NCBI GenBank assembly: GCA_902635945.1
Contig: CACPPU010000004.1
Coordinates: 2,820-66,819, forward strand
Direction: 5' to 3'
Origin: an uncultured Candidatus Actinomarina sp.
GTDB taxonomy: Bacteria > Actinomycetota > Acidimicrobiia > Actinomarinales > Actinomarinaceae
Length of the DNA stretch: 64,000 nucleotides
Under the pieces are notes generated by a model, which was given only the letters and a program-made list of their open reading frames with translations, made no database searches and was not told the DNA's origin. Positions 29,111-39,921 of the stretch are shown here, one piece after another (position 1 is the first letter of the stretch; each line of letters begins with the position of its first letter). Made by a program: the position numbers and the translations under genes.

Positions 29111-31699
29111 TTATAAAGATTTAGCTGTTTTTTTATTATGATAATTTGCCCAAAACACCAAAAGAGTTGGGAGAATTAAAATCGATGCAACTAAAGCAAA
29201 CCCTAATGCGACAACAACTACCTGGCCCATTTGTTGAAATGGTTTTAAAGAAGAAGTCATTAATATACCGAAACCAGCCATAGTTGTAAATGCTGAACCA
29301 AATAATGAGCCTCCAGTTGTTTTAAGAGTCGTTCTAACAGCATCTACAGGGCTGTCTGTAATTAATAAAGTCTCTCTAAATCTATTTGTAACGTGAATTA
29401 CAAAAGGTACACCAATACCTATCGCAAGTCCAGACAGTGTGGAAGTTACAGGATTTAAAGGAATGTCTAAGAAATACATTCCAAGATATGTACCCATAAC
29501 TATTGCTACAACTGGCAATATTGTAATCACACCTAAGAAAGGTTTTCTTATATCAATTAAGTAATAAAGAATTAAAAATATCATTGACGCAAGTATTGCG
29601 AATATCAATGACTGAAACTGTGATTCAGAAATTAGATCACTTACACTTTGAGTAACAATTGCATCATTTGTTGCTGCAATTGTTATTCCGAGCGACGACA
29701 TAGGTTGAAATGCATCATAAATATCATCTCTGAGTTGAGCAGCTCCAAGAGATCCAGCAGATGTAGTGATTCTTACCTGCTGAGCAGTAACTACGTTGTC
29801 TTCATTAAAATACAACGTAGCTAAGAAAGCTTCTGAATCTAAATCAACTAAATATTCATAAAGTCCTTGCACATTTCCAGTTTCTTTAACTTTTAATGCG
29901 TCTATACCCTGTGCTCCAGACATAAGATCTACACCAAAAGATCCTAAACTTCCTAATAACGCCATATCTGGCATAGCCGGAGGTGCGCCTGGTGCAGCTC
30001 CCTGAGGAGCTAAAAGCTGTCCAAGTGTTGCAACAACTGATTCCGCAGCAACATTGCCCGCATAAACTACTATATTTTCTTTTTCACTCAAATTGTTTAT
30101 TGATGCAATCAATGCATTATGAGCTTCAGGTGTCGCTAAATCATCCCCCTCGATTAGAACACTTGTTGTTTCACCAAATCCACCACCAAATTCATCTGTG
30201 AGTAGTCCTAGTGTTTGAACAACAGGATCATCTTCTGGTAAGAAATCTGTAAATTCAAATATAGTTTCCAAATTGGTAAAACTAAAATATCCATATCCAG
30301 AGATTGCAAAAAGTAATATAAGGGCAAAAATCTTTAATTTTTTTGGAATTATTCCACTTGATGCAGCAATTTTATTTAAGACACTATCCCCTGATGAAGA
30401 AAATGCATCTACATTAATGTTTTCTTTTTTTTCTGCTCTTCTATCCAATAAAGTTCTAATAGCTGGCACAAATGTCATCACAAGAAAGAAAGCAAAGAAT
30501 ATACCTGCTGAAACAAGAATTCCAAAATCTTTTAATTCTGGAAGAGGTGAAACAATATTTGTCAAAAATCCAACAATTGTTGCAAGAGTTGCAAGTGTTA
30601 GTGCAATTCCGACAGACTTTAGTGTAGAAGTTGCAGAGCCACTTACGGTATTTCCTGATCCAATTTCCTCTCTGTATCTTGAAGTAAAGTGAATTGCATA
30701 GTCAACACCAAGACCAATTAAAATAATGGGAGCAATTTGTGAAACTTGATTTGGTGCACCAATTATATCTAAATAACCAGGACCTAAAATAGTTCCTGCT
30801 CCTTGCATCCAGCCGATAGATAGCAAAATTGCTCCAAGGCTTAAAAGTAAGTCACTAAATGTTCTTCTTCCTGATTTGAGGATATTAAAACCTTTTCTCG
30901 GTCTAATGAAAAATATATAGGCCAACACTACAAGAATAATTAAAAATGCTTGTCCAAATAAAATACCTATTTCCTCTAAAAAGTCATCGCCCTCGTTACC
31001 AAGTAAAAGTCCGAATGAAAATCCTGAAACTTTTATATTTCCAACAGAAATTTTATTTAATGCATCTGCAAGTGCAACTTCCATACGGGGTTGCTCAATG
31101 AATGCCCCGTCTGATCCACCAAAATCTTGCACAATCATCGAACTGTCTATGGTAACAATCGCTAACCCAGCTGTTGCTGTCGTGAGCTCTTCATCATAAG
31201 TAGATGAAAGCAGTGCGGAAGCAAATGCCTTAAATTCTGCAGGCATTTGACTATTTGCTTGATTATACAATTGTTTAAATTGATCGTCAGACATAGCACT
31301 TACATTTAAACTTGGATTAAATGCTTTAGCAAAGTCTACAGGAGCAAAAAATCCCTGAACAGCACCACCTTGATCTTTAACCAAATATGGATAAATTTCA
31401 CTTTCAGATACTGCCTTTTGAATTTCTTGCCAAGCTAAATAACCATCTACCGTAAGTACGTCTTCTCCAGACATAATAATTTGAAAAACCGATTGAGAAC
31501 CTGACGTCTGAAAATATTCACCTAATTTAGATTGTGCTTGAATTTCAGGAGTATCTAACTCTCCTCCAAAGCTTGTGCTAAGCTCTTCTGCCTGCCCAGC
31601 CATGTAGCCAAAAAAACCAGTTAATAAAAGCACCACTAAAATTGTGATTACAGGTCTTTTAGTTGCCGCACTCGAAAAAAAGTTAGTTAAAAGTTTCAT
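29111..31699 (-). CDS. MMPL-family (RND superfamily) membrane transporter
   Basis: About 860 aa with two 6-TM bundles, each following a large extracytoplasmic domain (GLGVDYAIHF in the first bundle). I prefer ATG at 31699 (MKLLTNFF). Confidence 0.8.
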   Translation of the reverse strand: MKLLTNFFSSAATKRPVITILVVLLLTGFFGYMAGQAEELSTSFGGELDTPEIQAQSKLGEYFQTSGSQSVFQIIMSGEDVLTVDGYLAWQEIQKAVSESEIYPYLVKDQGGAVQGFFAPVDFAKAFNPSLNVSAMSDDQFKQLYNQANSQMPAEFKAFASALLSSTYDEELTTATAGLAIVTIDSSMIVQDFGGSDGAFIEQPRMEVALADALNKISVGNIKVSGFSFGLLLGNEGDDFLEEIGILFGQAFLIILVVLAYIFFIRPRKGFNILKSGRRTFSDLLLSLGAILLSIGWMQGAGTILGPGYLDIIGAPNQVSQIAPIILIGLGVDYAIHFTSRYREEIGSGNTVSGSATSTLKSVGIALTLATLATIVGFLTNIVSPLPELKDFGILVSAGIFFAFFLVMTFVPAIRTLLDRRAEKKENINVDAFSSSGDSVLNKIAASSGIIPKKLKIFALILLFAISGYGYFSFTNLETIFEFTDFLPEDDPVVQTLGLLTDEFGGGFGETTSVLIEGDDLATPEAHNALIASINNLSEKENIVVYAGNVAAESVVATLGQLLAPQGAAPGAPPAMPDMALLGSLGSFGVDLMSGAQGIDALKVKETGNVQGLYEYLVDLDSEAFLATLYFNEDNVVTAQQVRITTSAGSLGAAQLRDDIYDAFQPMSSLGITIAATNDAIVTQSVSDLISESQFQSLIFAILASMIFLILYYLIDIRKPFLGVITILPVVAIVMGTYLGMYFLDIPLNPVTSTLSGLAIGIGVPFVIHVTNRFRETLLITDSPVDAVRTTLKTTGGSLFGSAFTTMAGFGILMTSSLKPFQQMGQVVVVALGFALVASILILPTLLVFWANYHNKKTAKSL

Positions 31700-31787
31700 A
31701 GTGATTAAGGTTAACCTAAAAAAATATATAAATGTATTTATCAATGTTAAATATATGTAAATTTAAAAAAAAATTAAGATTATTAAT

Positions 31788-32933
31788 ATGCTTTCAACAA
31801 TTGCTACAGCAGCTTTAATTAATTTTTTGATATTACCAGTTACTTATCATGAATCAGAACCTGCGTACACCAAAAACAAAATTGAAAATTATGATGTTAT
31901 TACAATATCTCAATCTGGAAGCCTTTTTTATAGTGTCACTAATCAAATTATAGAAAGTGCAAAAAATCTAGAAAGCAATCTTACATTCATTGGCAGAGCT
32001 AATGTTGGCCTAGAATCAGTTCAATCAACAGATGGAGTAAACAAACTATCATCATTAGAAAATTATCTATACAACATTTCTTTAAAAACTATCGAGTCAT
32101 CTTCAGTTAATTACTTTTATGATGATGAAGTAGCTCAGGTAATTAAAGATAATAAACTTGTTATTTCAACTTTAACTGCAGAAAGATACGGTCTTACAGT
32201 CAATGACAAAGTAAATTTAATTGGCATGAACTCAGCTCCACTTGAATTAGAAGTGGGAATGATTATTAAAGATTCTGAGTTAGGTTGGTTTGAAGGAGTA
32301 GTCAATAAAGAAGTAGGTTATAAATTAGGAATTTTTAGAAACATTCAAGCTATTATTTGGGACTCAAAAATAAGTGAAAACCATTTTATTGAGCTTCATA
32401 AAAATATTAAATATAAAAGAGTCAAATTTACATACAAAAAAAGTACTCCAAACAAGAATTGGGTCTTACCAACTGCATTAGTAAAGGAAATGTTTGGAGA
32501 TTTTCAAATAAAAGAAAGAGACGGTACATGGATTACTACTGAGCCCTCCTGGCGAGAAGAGAATATTCAAGTAAAAAGAATGCCTATTCTTGGCAATACA
32601 AGATGTCACAGATTAATGTGGGAGCCATTAGAAGGAGCTTTAAATCAAGTTTTAGAAGAGGGTTTGGCTAACACGCTTTCTGTGCAAGATTTTAAAAAAT
32701 CAGGAGGATGTTATGCTCCAAGGCGAATAAATCGCTTCGATGCTGGGGGAAGTATTTCTCGACATGCTTGGGGCATTGCTATTGACATAAACACAAAATC
32801 AAGTTATCACCCTAGGGTTGTAGAAATTTTTAACTCTTGGGGATTTGCTTGGGGAGGAACTTGGACATCTCCAGATGAAATGCATTTTGAGCTTAGAGAT
32901 TTATCAGCCAGTATTTCTAAGACCAGCAGCTAA
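31788..32933 (+). CDS. Membrane-anchored peptidase M15 (VanY/DD-carboxypeptidase-like) with an N-terminal extracytoplasmic domain
   Basis: C-terminal SRHAWGIAIDIN...GFAWGGTWTSPDEMHFE (Zn ligand pattern H..D...H of M15B/C). N-terminal signal anchor. Confidence 0.7.
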   Translation: MLSTIATAALINFLILPVTYHESEPAYTKNKIENYDVITISQSGSLFYSVTNQIIESAKNLESNLTFIGRANVGLESVQSTDGVNKLSSLENYLYNISLKTIESSSVNYFYDDEVAQVIKDNKLVISTLTAERYGLTVNDKVNLIGMNSAPLELEVGMIIKDSELGWFEGVVNKEVGYKLGIFRNIQAIIWDSKISENHFIELHKNIKYKRVKFTYKKSTPNKNWVLPTALVKEMFGDFQIKERDGTWITTEPSWREENIQVKRMPILGNTRCHRLMWEPLEGALNQVLEEGLANTLSVQDFKKSGGCYAPRRINRFDAGGSISRHAWGIAIDINTKSSYHPRVVEIFNSWGFAWGGTWTSPDEMHFELRDLSASISKTSS

Positions 32934-35366
32934 TCCATTTACAGATAGTAATAAAGAATTATTTTCTACTGAATTAAGTTTACGTATTTTTAATTTTTTC
33001 ATAAGTGTTATCTGAATTAGAGACAACGGGTCTAAATATGCATTTCTTATATTTAAAGTATTTTTTAAAATTTTATTATCTTCTAACAGTTCGTCTATCT
33101 TTTTTATGTTCTTAATAGATTTATTTGCTAATTGTGATTCTTTAATAATTTTTTTATAAATCTTTAGTGCGTCCTCATCAAGAAGTTCATCAACGTATCG
33201 TTTAGCTATTTTTAGATCAGATTTCGAGAGAGTCATTTCAATATTGCTAATTAAATTCTGCATAAAGTCTGAATTTTTATATATTTTTCTTACATAATTA
33301 ATACCATATTTTTCAATCATGAAGTTCAATGCTGTTCCTGATCCATACCAACCTGTTAATGTATTTCTAGTTTGTGCCCATCCAAATACCCAAGGAATAG
33401 CTCTGTAATTTTGTAAAGTCTTCACGTTTTTGGTTCGCTTTGTGGGCCTTGATCCAATATTCAATGTAGAAAGAAGTTTTACGGGAGTTCCCATTTCAAA
33501 GTAATCTATGAGATTTGGATCAGTAAAAAAAGACCTATATTCTTCATATGACTTATCAGAAAGCTCCTGTAAGAATTCCTGATTTGGTATTTTTACCTTT
33601 AATTTATTTCCTGATTCATTAATAAAAGCAACCGAACCAAGTTTAATATTTTCAAAACCAAGATATGCTGTTGAATACTTATCTGAGACTACTTCGCCTT
33701 GTTCTGTATATCTTATTTGAGATGATACAGTGCCCTTTGGTTGTGCAGAGATTGAATTGTAGGTAGGGCCCCCTCCTCTACTAATAGTTCCCCCTCTGCC
33801 ATGAAAAAATGTAACATTTACATTATTTGATAAACCCTCTTTAAATAAATTAATTTGAGCTTTGTAAACATTCCATTGTGAAGAGATTATTCCACCATCT
33901 TTATTTGAATCGGAATAGCCAAGCATAACTTCTTGATTGTTATTTTTATATTTTTCTATAAATGATTTGTATTGTCTTTTTAGAAATAGTTTTTCCAAAA
34001 TTATATGAGATTTTTGTAGTTCTTCAATTTCTTCAATTAAGGGTGTTATTGAAGGAATACTTTCTATAGGCATATGCTTTTTACATACATTAAACAGATT
34101 TAAGACATCACTTTCTGAACTTGTCATTGAGAGAATTATTGAATTAAATACTTTATTACCATAGATTTTTTGAAGTTCAGGTATTTCTTTTATCAATTCT
34201 TCAAAATCAAAGTACTCCCTCCCAGACTGAGCATTAATTACTGAAGAGTTTTGCCTGATATCCAAAGACACACCATGAAATTCAAATTGATAAACCATTT
34301 CGATAAAATTATCTAATTTTGTATTTTTTATTTTTGTTCCAAATATTTTTAGAACACTATTTTGAAATAATAAAATATCATCAAGAAATTCATGAAAATA
34401 TTTATAACCTTTCTTGTTTTTTTGAAAATTATCCAATCTATGAAAAACTAATGAAAGAAATATGCGGAAAGGCTCATCAAAATTTACGCGTTTGTAATGC
34501 TTATATTCATTTGGAAGAATTTTTTTATATTCCTCAATCTTTTTTGTTAACTTTTTTGGACTTTCAACAAAATCTGTTGAAATACTAAATTCTTCTGAAA
34601 ACTGAACTATTTGTTCTTTATAGATATTCAATATTTGATTTGAATATATTTTCAATGCCTCTTTGGTTATATTTGTAGTTACAAATGGATTGCCATCTTT
34701 ATCAGCACCAACCCATGATCCAAACTTAAGTTTGAAATTTTTTGCATTTCCAGTTATTTCATCATCTTCAATAACTTTTTTATATACATCTTTATATAAA
34801 ATATCTAAATAATAAATTAATGATTTTACTTCATCTATTGGATTCGGCTTTGTAGATCGAACTTCTCTTGTGTACCAAAGTTGAGTAATAAGTGAATTTA
34901 TTTCACTCATACTATTTGAATTATTGTTTTCAATAATCTCTGCAATTTTATATATTTTTTTTAGAGTTGACTGTCTAGAGCTTTCAGTGGGATGAGCAGT
35001 AAAAACTGGCATAAAAATAAGTTCGTTGTTTGTTTTTTTATTAATTGAAATATTTGAATTTTTTAGAGTATGCTCTCTAAATACTTGTTCAGCAATATTC
35101 GATAAATAAAAGAATATTGTAAATGCTTTAGTAATTATATATATCTCATTTGGTTCAAGAGATTGAAGAGTTTTGAAAATAGAATCTAAGTATTTATTGT
35201 TGTTTGTTTGTCGATATTTTTTAGAATTTAAACGTATATCTTCAACAATTTTAAAATATTTTGCTCCAGCTTGGTCTTTTATTACATTACCAAGTTCACT
35301 ACCAAGAATGTTTATAGTTTTTGATAAAGTATCAAAGTTAGGAGTAATTTTATATCCTCTCGGCAT
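32904..35366 (-). CDS. ppc: Phosphoenolpyruvate carboxylase
   Basis: VFTAHPTE, GYSDSNKDGG, FHGRGGTISRGGGP, and C-terminal GLRNTG. Confidence 0.95.
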   Translation of the reverse strand: MPRGYKITPNFDTLSKTINILGSELGNVIKDQAGAKYFKIVEDIRLNSKKYRQTNNNKYLDSIFKTLQSLEPNEIYIITKAFTIFFYLSNIAEQVFREHTLKNSNISINKKTNNELIFMPVFTAHPTESSRQSTLKKIYKIAEIIENNNSNSMSEINSLITQLWYTREVRSTKPNPIDEVKSLIYYLDILYKDVYKKVIEDDEITGNAKNFKLKFGSWVGADKDGNPFVTTNITKEALKIYSNQILNIYKEQIVQFSEEFSISTDFVESPKKLTKKIEEYKKILPNEYKHYKRVNFDEPFRIFLSLVFHRLDNFQKNKKGYKYFHEFLDDILLFQNSVLKIFGTKIKNTKLDNFIEMVYQFEFHGVSLDIRQNSSVINAQSGREYFDFEELIKEIPELQKIYGNKVFNSIILSMTSSESDVLNLFNVCKKHMPIESIPSITPLIEEIEELQKSHIILEKLFLKRQYKSFIEKYKNNNQEVMLGYSDSNKDGGIISSQWNVYKAQINLFKEGLSNNVNVTFFHGRGGTISRGGGPTYNSISAQPKGTVSSQIRYTEQGEVVSDKYSTAYLGFENIKLGSVAFINESGNKLKVKIPNQEFLQELSDKSYEEYRSFFTDPNLIDYFEMGTPVKLLSTLNIGSRPTKRTKNVKTLQNYRAIPWVFGWAQTRNTLTGWYGSGTALNFMIEKYGINYVRKIYKNSDFMQNLISNIEMTLSKSDLKIAKRYVDELLDEDALKIYKKIIKESQLANKSIKNIKKIDELLEDNKILKNTLNIRNAYLDPLSLIQITLMKKLKIRKLNSVENNSLLLSVNGLAAGLRNTG

Positions 35367-36612
35367 TCAAAATTGTAAAGCTTCCAGTGGTGTCGAATAT
35401 CAATGATTTGATATTTTCAAAATCTATGTCATTAAAAGACGTATGTGGTGTGTGAATAATAACCATATCATAATTTGATACACCTTCTAAATCTTGTTCC
35501 TTAAATATACTTTGTTTATTTACTATCAATTCATCAACGTATGGATCATAAAAAGAAACTTCTACGCTTTTATCCAGAAGGGATTCGATTATATCAATTG
35601 CTGGCGACTCCCTGATGTCACCAATATCTTTTTTATATGCTACGCCTAGTAATAGTATTTTGGAATTTTTCAAAAGAATTTCTTTTTTGTTCATTAATTC
35701 ACTAATTCTAGAAATGACATAATTTGGCATTGAATTGTTTATCTCTTGAGCTAATTCGACAAAACGGACAGGTTGTCCAATTTGTCGAGTTTTAAAAGAC
35801 AAATATTTTGGATCAATTGGAATGCAATGACCTCCTACTCCTGGTCCAGGCCTGAATGATTGAAATCCAAAGGGTTTTGTTTTTGCAGCGTCTACTACTT
35901 CCCAAATATCTATGTTTAACATGTTTGACAATATCGCAAGTTCATTAACCATTGCAATATTTACTTGCCTATATGTATTCTCAACTAACTTAACCATTTC
36001 TGCTTCTCTTGTACCAGAGACTTCAACGACTTCGTCAATTATCGAATTGTAAAATTCTGATATTTTTTTAAGTGATGTTTCATTTATACCACTAACAATT
36101 TTTGGTGTATTTTTAAAAGTCCATTCTTTGTTGCCAGGATCTATCCTTTCAGGAGAGTATCCGAGTAAAAAATCTTCTCCAGCTACCAAACTTGAAATTT
36201 TTTCAAGTATTGGCTTCACTATTTCTAATGTAGTTCCAGGGTAAGTAGTAGATTCTAGGATTATTATCTGGCCTTTTTTTAAATTTTCGGCAATACTTTT
36301 TGTGGCAGTCTCAACATAGCTTAGGTCAGGCTGATAATCGGTTAACGGAGTTGGAACACTAATTACTATGTACTCTGATTCTCCTAAAACACTTGAATCA
36401 GAAGTAATCATAAGATCTTTAGAAAGTGCATCTTGAAGTACCTTATCTGAAATGTCTTCAACGTGAGACATGGACTTGTTGAGGCTATCAACTACAGACT
36501 CATTTATGTCATATCCAGCCACTTTGAGCTTACTATTTGCTGCTTCAATAGCTAAGGGCAAACCAACATAGCCTAATCCAATTACTGCTAAATTATATTT
36601 AAATTTACTCAT
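35350..36612 (-). CDS. Nucleotide-sugar 6-dehydrogenase (UDP-ManNAc / UDP-GlcNAc dehydrogenase type)
   Basis: VIGLGYVGLPLA Rossmann motif and GGHCIPIDP catalytic Cys motif. 420 aa, adjacent to a 2-epimerase. Confidence 0.8.
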   Translation of the reverse strand: MSKFKYNLAVIGLGYVGLPLAIEAANSKLKVAGYDINESVVDSLNKSMSHVEDISDKVLQDALSKDLMITSDSSVLGESEYIVISVPTPLTDYQPDLSYVETATKSIAENLKKGQIIILESTTYPGTTLEIVKPILEKISSLVAGEDFLLGYSPERIDPGNKEWTFKNTPKIVSGINETSLKKISEFYNSIIDEVVEVSGTREAEMVKLVENTYRQVNIAMVNELAILSNMLNIDIWEVVDAAKTKPFGFQSFRPGPGVGGHCIPIDPKYLSFKTRQIGQPVRFVELAQEINNSMPNYVISRISELMNKKEILLKNSKILLLGVAYKKDIGDIRESPAIDIIESLLDKSVEVSFYDPYVDELIVNKQSIFKEQDLEGVSNYDMVIIHTPHTSFNDIDFENIKSLIFDTTGSFTILNAERI

Positions 36613-36614
36613 AT

Positions 36615-37694
36615 CTAACCAAATAAAATTTGAAAAATTCTATCTGAGGTTTCACCATCCCAATATTTAATTTTTGCTTCATTTGAAATTTTACTGCCTA
36701 AAACATTATTTATTTCATTAATTATATTTTCCTTATTAGTACCAATAACTTTATTGGTCCCTTCTTGAACTGTTATTGGTCTTTCTGTTTCTTCTCTTAG
36801 TGTTAAACAATTGATGCCTAAATATGTTGTTTCTTCTTGTATTCCTCCAGAATCAGTAAGCACTAAGTCACATCCATAAACAAGAGACATGAAGTCAATA
36901 TATGATAATGGATCAATCAGAATAACATTTGAAAGCTCGATATTATTGTTTTCAATATAATTTTTAAGCCTTGGATGGGCTGGAAGAATAACTTGATAGT
37001 AATCTGTAAAATTACTGATTGCATCAAAAACATTATTTAAAATGTCGTCATTTAAATTTGCTGGTCTGTGTAAAGTAACTACAAAATATGGTTTATTTAT
37101 ATTTAAATTATTTTTAATATCTTCAGAATTATTTATAATTTTTGATTTATTTTTAGCTAGAGTGTCAATCATAATATTTCCAACATTATGAATTTTGCCT
37201 GACGATACTTTTTCTTTTAATAAGTTTTCTTTTGCATCTTCAGATGGTATTAATAATAAATCACTGATTGCGTCTACCATAATTCTGTTACGTTCCTCTG
37301 GCATACCTAAATTATTTGATCGTAGACCTGATTCAACATGAAATAAATAAAGGTCTGATTGTTTTGCGGCTATGGAAGCAGCTAAGGTGGAAGTTACATC
37401 ACCAAAAACCCCTACTTTACCAATTTCACAGTTATTGAAAATTTTTTGCAACTCTTGAACAATGTATTGAAACTGTTTACTTTGTGAATCAGAAGGAGCA
37501 TTTAGGTTTATGTCAGGAGTTCTCATACTAAGATCATCAAAGATATTTTTAGACATATTTTTGTCGAAATGTTGCCCTGTATGAATAAATAAAACCTTTT
37601 TGTTTTGTTCCTCTATTTTATTTAAAAGTGGTGCTGCCTTAACAAAATTTGGCCTTGTACCTACTACTAAAGCTATATCATATTTATCAGTCAC
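36615..37694 (-). CDS. wecB: UDP-N-acetylglucosamine 2-epimerase (non-hydrolysing)
   Basis: VVGTRPNFVKAAPL, HTGQHFD, HVESGLRS, PEERNR, and TDSGGIQEE. Confidence 0.8.
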   Translation of the reverse strand: MTDKYDIALVVGTRPNFVKAAPLLNKIEEQNKKVLFIHTGQHFDKNMSKNIFDDLSMRTPDINLNAPSDSQSKQFQYIVQELQKIFNNCEIGKVGVFGDVTSTLAASIAAKQSDLYLFHVESGLRSNNLGMPEERNRIMVDAISDLLLIPSEDAKENLLKEKVSSGKIHNVGNIMIDTLAKNKSKIINNSEDIKNNLNINKPYFVVTLHRPANLNDDILNNVFDAISNFTDYYQVILPAHPRLKNYIENNNIELSNVILIDPLSYIDFMSLVYGCDLVLTDSGGIQEETTYLGINCLTLREETERPITVQEGTNKVIGTNKENIINEINNVLGSKISNEAKIKYWDGETSDRIFQILFG

Positions 37695-37746
37695 TACTTT
37701 ATGATTTTAGTGATTAAATAGTTATTAATGTACAACTATCATTGAA

Positions 37747-38712
37747 ATGGTGAGAAAAAAGCTTGTTTTAAATGCTTGTGGAGTAAAGTCTCTAGGTGGT
37801 GTAAAGCTATTTGTAGAAGCTTTTGAATTGTTAGTTGAATCGGGAGCAGAAATAGTTGTTCTATATTCAGAAGAAGAGTTTTACAATGAACTAAAAAATC
37901 AATCATTAGAAAATGAATTAATTACTTTTATAAAACTTACTGCTAAAAGATACCTGCACCCATTCTTAGTGCTAATAACGAATATTGAGCAAAGAAAATT
38001 AATTGAAAGCTATGATGCGGTTATTCATTTTGGTAATTTTGGATTCAAAACAAAAAATAAATCATTAGTATTACTCCAAAATGTATTGCCTTTTGTTCAG
38101 CAAAACCTAAAAAATGTTCTTTTAAAATATTTTATAAATAGGAGTATTAAATTTTCAGAATATGTAATAGTTCAACTTAAACATATGAATGAAATTATAG
38201 AAAAAAAATACAGAGACAAAATTATAGAGATTGGTGAAATTGAGGAAGTAATCGTTGATGCAAGTAATAAGTCAGGTAAAATTGTTTTTTTTGGTAGTGA
38301 TATTCCTAATAAAAATTATGACTTTATGGTAAAAGCATTAAAAACCATATCTCTAAACTCTACAATAACAGTTATAAATCCTCCAAAAAATATAAAAGAA
38401 TTTAATTGTGTTTATACGGAAACACAAGACCAAACATTGAGTGTGATATCAGAAAATGAAATTTATCTTCATGCAAGTGAACACGAAACAGTTGGTCTTC
38501 CGATTTATGAAGCTCAAAACTTAGGACTAAAAATAATAATACCTAAAAGACCATACTCTGATTACTTTAAGTATGAAAATGTATTTTTTTATGAATATAA
38601 AAATATAGACAGTGCTGTACAAAAAATTGAAGAGGCTAAAAACTTAAAGTTGAAACATTCGAAAGCACTACTTTATAACGAAAATTGGTCAAAAATCTTA
38701 GAATATGTTTAA
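37747..38712 (+). CDS. Glycosyltransferase (GT-B, GT1/GT4-like)
   Basis: C-terminal ASEHETVGLPIYEAQNLG (EX7E-like motif). Confidence 0.55.
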   Translation: MVRKKLVLNACGVKSLGGVKLFVEAFELLVESGAEIVVLYSEEEFYNELKNQSLENELITFIKLTAKRYLHPFLVLITNIEQRKLIESYDAVIHFGNFGFKTKNKSLVLLQNVLPFVQQNLKNVLLKYFINRSIKFSEYVIVQLKHMNEIIEKKYRDKIIEIGEIEEVIVDASNKSGKIVFFGSDIPNKNYDFMVKALKTISLNSTITVINPPKNIKEFNCVYTETQDQTLSVISENEIYLHASEHETVGLPIYEAQNLGLKIIIPKRPYSDYFKYENVFFYEYKNIDSAVQKIEEAKNLKLKHSKALLYNENWSKILEYV

Positions 38713-39921
38713 TTTTTTTGTTACTGCTTCTGCAGAATAAATTTTATTAAACTGCTCTATATCAAATTTATCTATATTTTGAAAAACATTAGTCAACTGT
38801 TCATTGACAAATAATGGATCTGATTTTTTTGTAACCACTATAAGGTTTTCAAATTTTTCAGATATCTTAATAACAGGGTCGTTAGCAATTTCTGCAAAAT
38901 GAATTACTGGTTTTCCAGTAGAAATGTACTCTATAACTTTACTTGGCAGTTGTGATGGATTTAAATTACCAATAGAAAGAAGGCAGTGAAATGATGTACC
39001 CATTAATTCTAGGGCTTCATCGCGCGACACCATGTCAAAAAATAAGTGCTTATTTTGATCTATTTTGTTTTGTAGGATCATATTCTTGGAATCAGGATTT
39101 GTGTACCAATGAAATACATAATCTAAATTTTGAAAATATTTTAAAACTTCATCGGGTGATCTAACCCCTTTTGTCAAAATTCCGAAATAACCAATTTTTA
39201 TCGGTTCTATATTGTAGTTATATGTTTTTGAATTTTGAAAAACATTTTTACTAAATGCACTTATTGGATTTCCAATTTCAATTTTTTCATTGCTGATATT
39301 AAAAAATTCTTTATGCTCAAGTGAAGCGTCTTCATGAGTGAAAACTATTTGATCTGCCATTTTAAAAAATTTGTTTTCAAAATAATAATTTAAAGATTTG
39401 TAGAAATATTTATTATTTTCAAATGCGTTACTTTTTAAACTGAATGGATCTCCTATATCCATAATCCATTTTTTTCTTTTATCTTTATTGATAATATAAG
39501 CTGCAACATGTGATGAAAAAGGTAAACTAACAGATATTATTGCGTCATAATCAAAATCTATTTTTTTGCGATTTTTCCATATAGAAAATACCCAAAACAT
39601 GGTGTAATCTGGCCAAGCAAAAAATTTGTAAAAAAACCTATATATTTTTTTTAACAATTTTAATGATAGATTTTTATAGAATAAACCTTGATCTGTGTTG
39701 GATTGTTTTCTTAAGCTACTAACTACTCCACTTGCTGTTTTATTTCCTATATATTTAATATTTGAATCTGAACCATCTTGTCTTGTTCCAGTAATAACAC
39801 GAATATTAAAACCTTTTTTTACTAATTCATCATATATTAATTTCCATCGAGTTGTTCTTGGACTTTGATGAGGAACAAATTGATGAGTGACAATTAAAAT
39901 GTTTTTAACTTTATTATTCAT
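38698..39921 (-). CDS. Glycosyltransferase (GT-B, GT4-like)
   Basis: N-terminal ILIVTHQFVPHQSPRTTR and C-terminal LPSKVIEYISTGKPVIHF. Confidence 0.6.
   Translation of the reverse strand: MNNKVKNILIVTHQFVPHQSPRTTRWKLIYDELVKKGFNIRVITGTRQDGSDSNIKYIGNKTASGVVSSLRKQSNTDQGLFYKNLSLKLLKKIYRFFYKFFAWPDYTMFWVFSIWKNRKKIDFDYDAIISVSLPFSSHVAAYIINKDKRKKWIMDIGDPFSLKSNAFENNKYFYKSLNYYFENKFFKMADQIVFTHEDASLEHKEFFNISNEKIEIGNPISAFSKNVFQNSKTYNYNIEPIKIGYFGILTKGVRSPDEVLKYFQNLDYVFHWYTNPDSKNMILQNKIDQNKHLFFDMVSRDEALELMGTSFHCLLSIGNLNPSQLPSKVIEYISTGKPVIHFAEIANDPVIKISEKFENLIVVTKKSDPLFVNEQLTNVFQNIDKFDIEQFNKIYSAEAVTKKLNIF

Noticed and set aside
30273-30692. 139-aa plus-strand ORF inside the MMPL gene
   Set aside because: It is antisense to a continuous 860-aa MMPL frame, so it is a shadow ORF.
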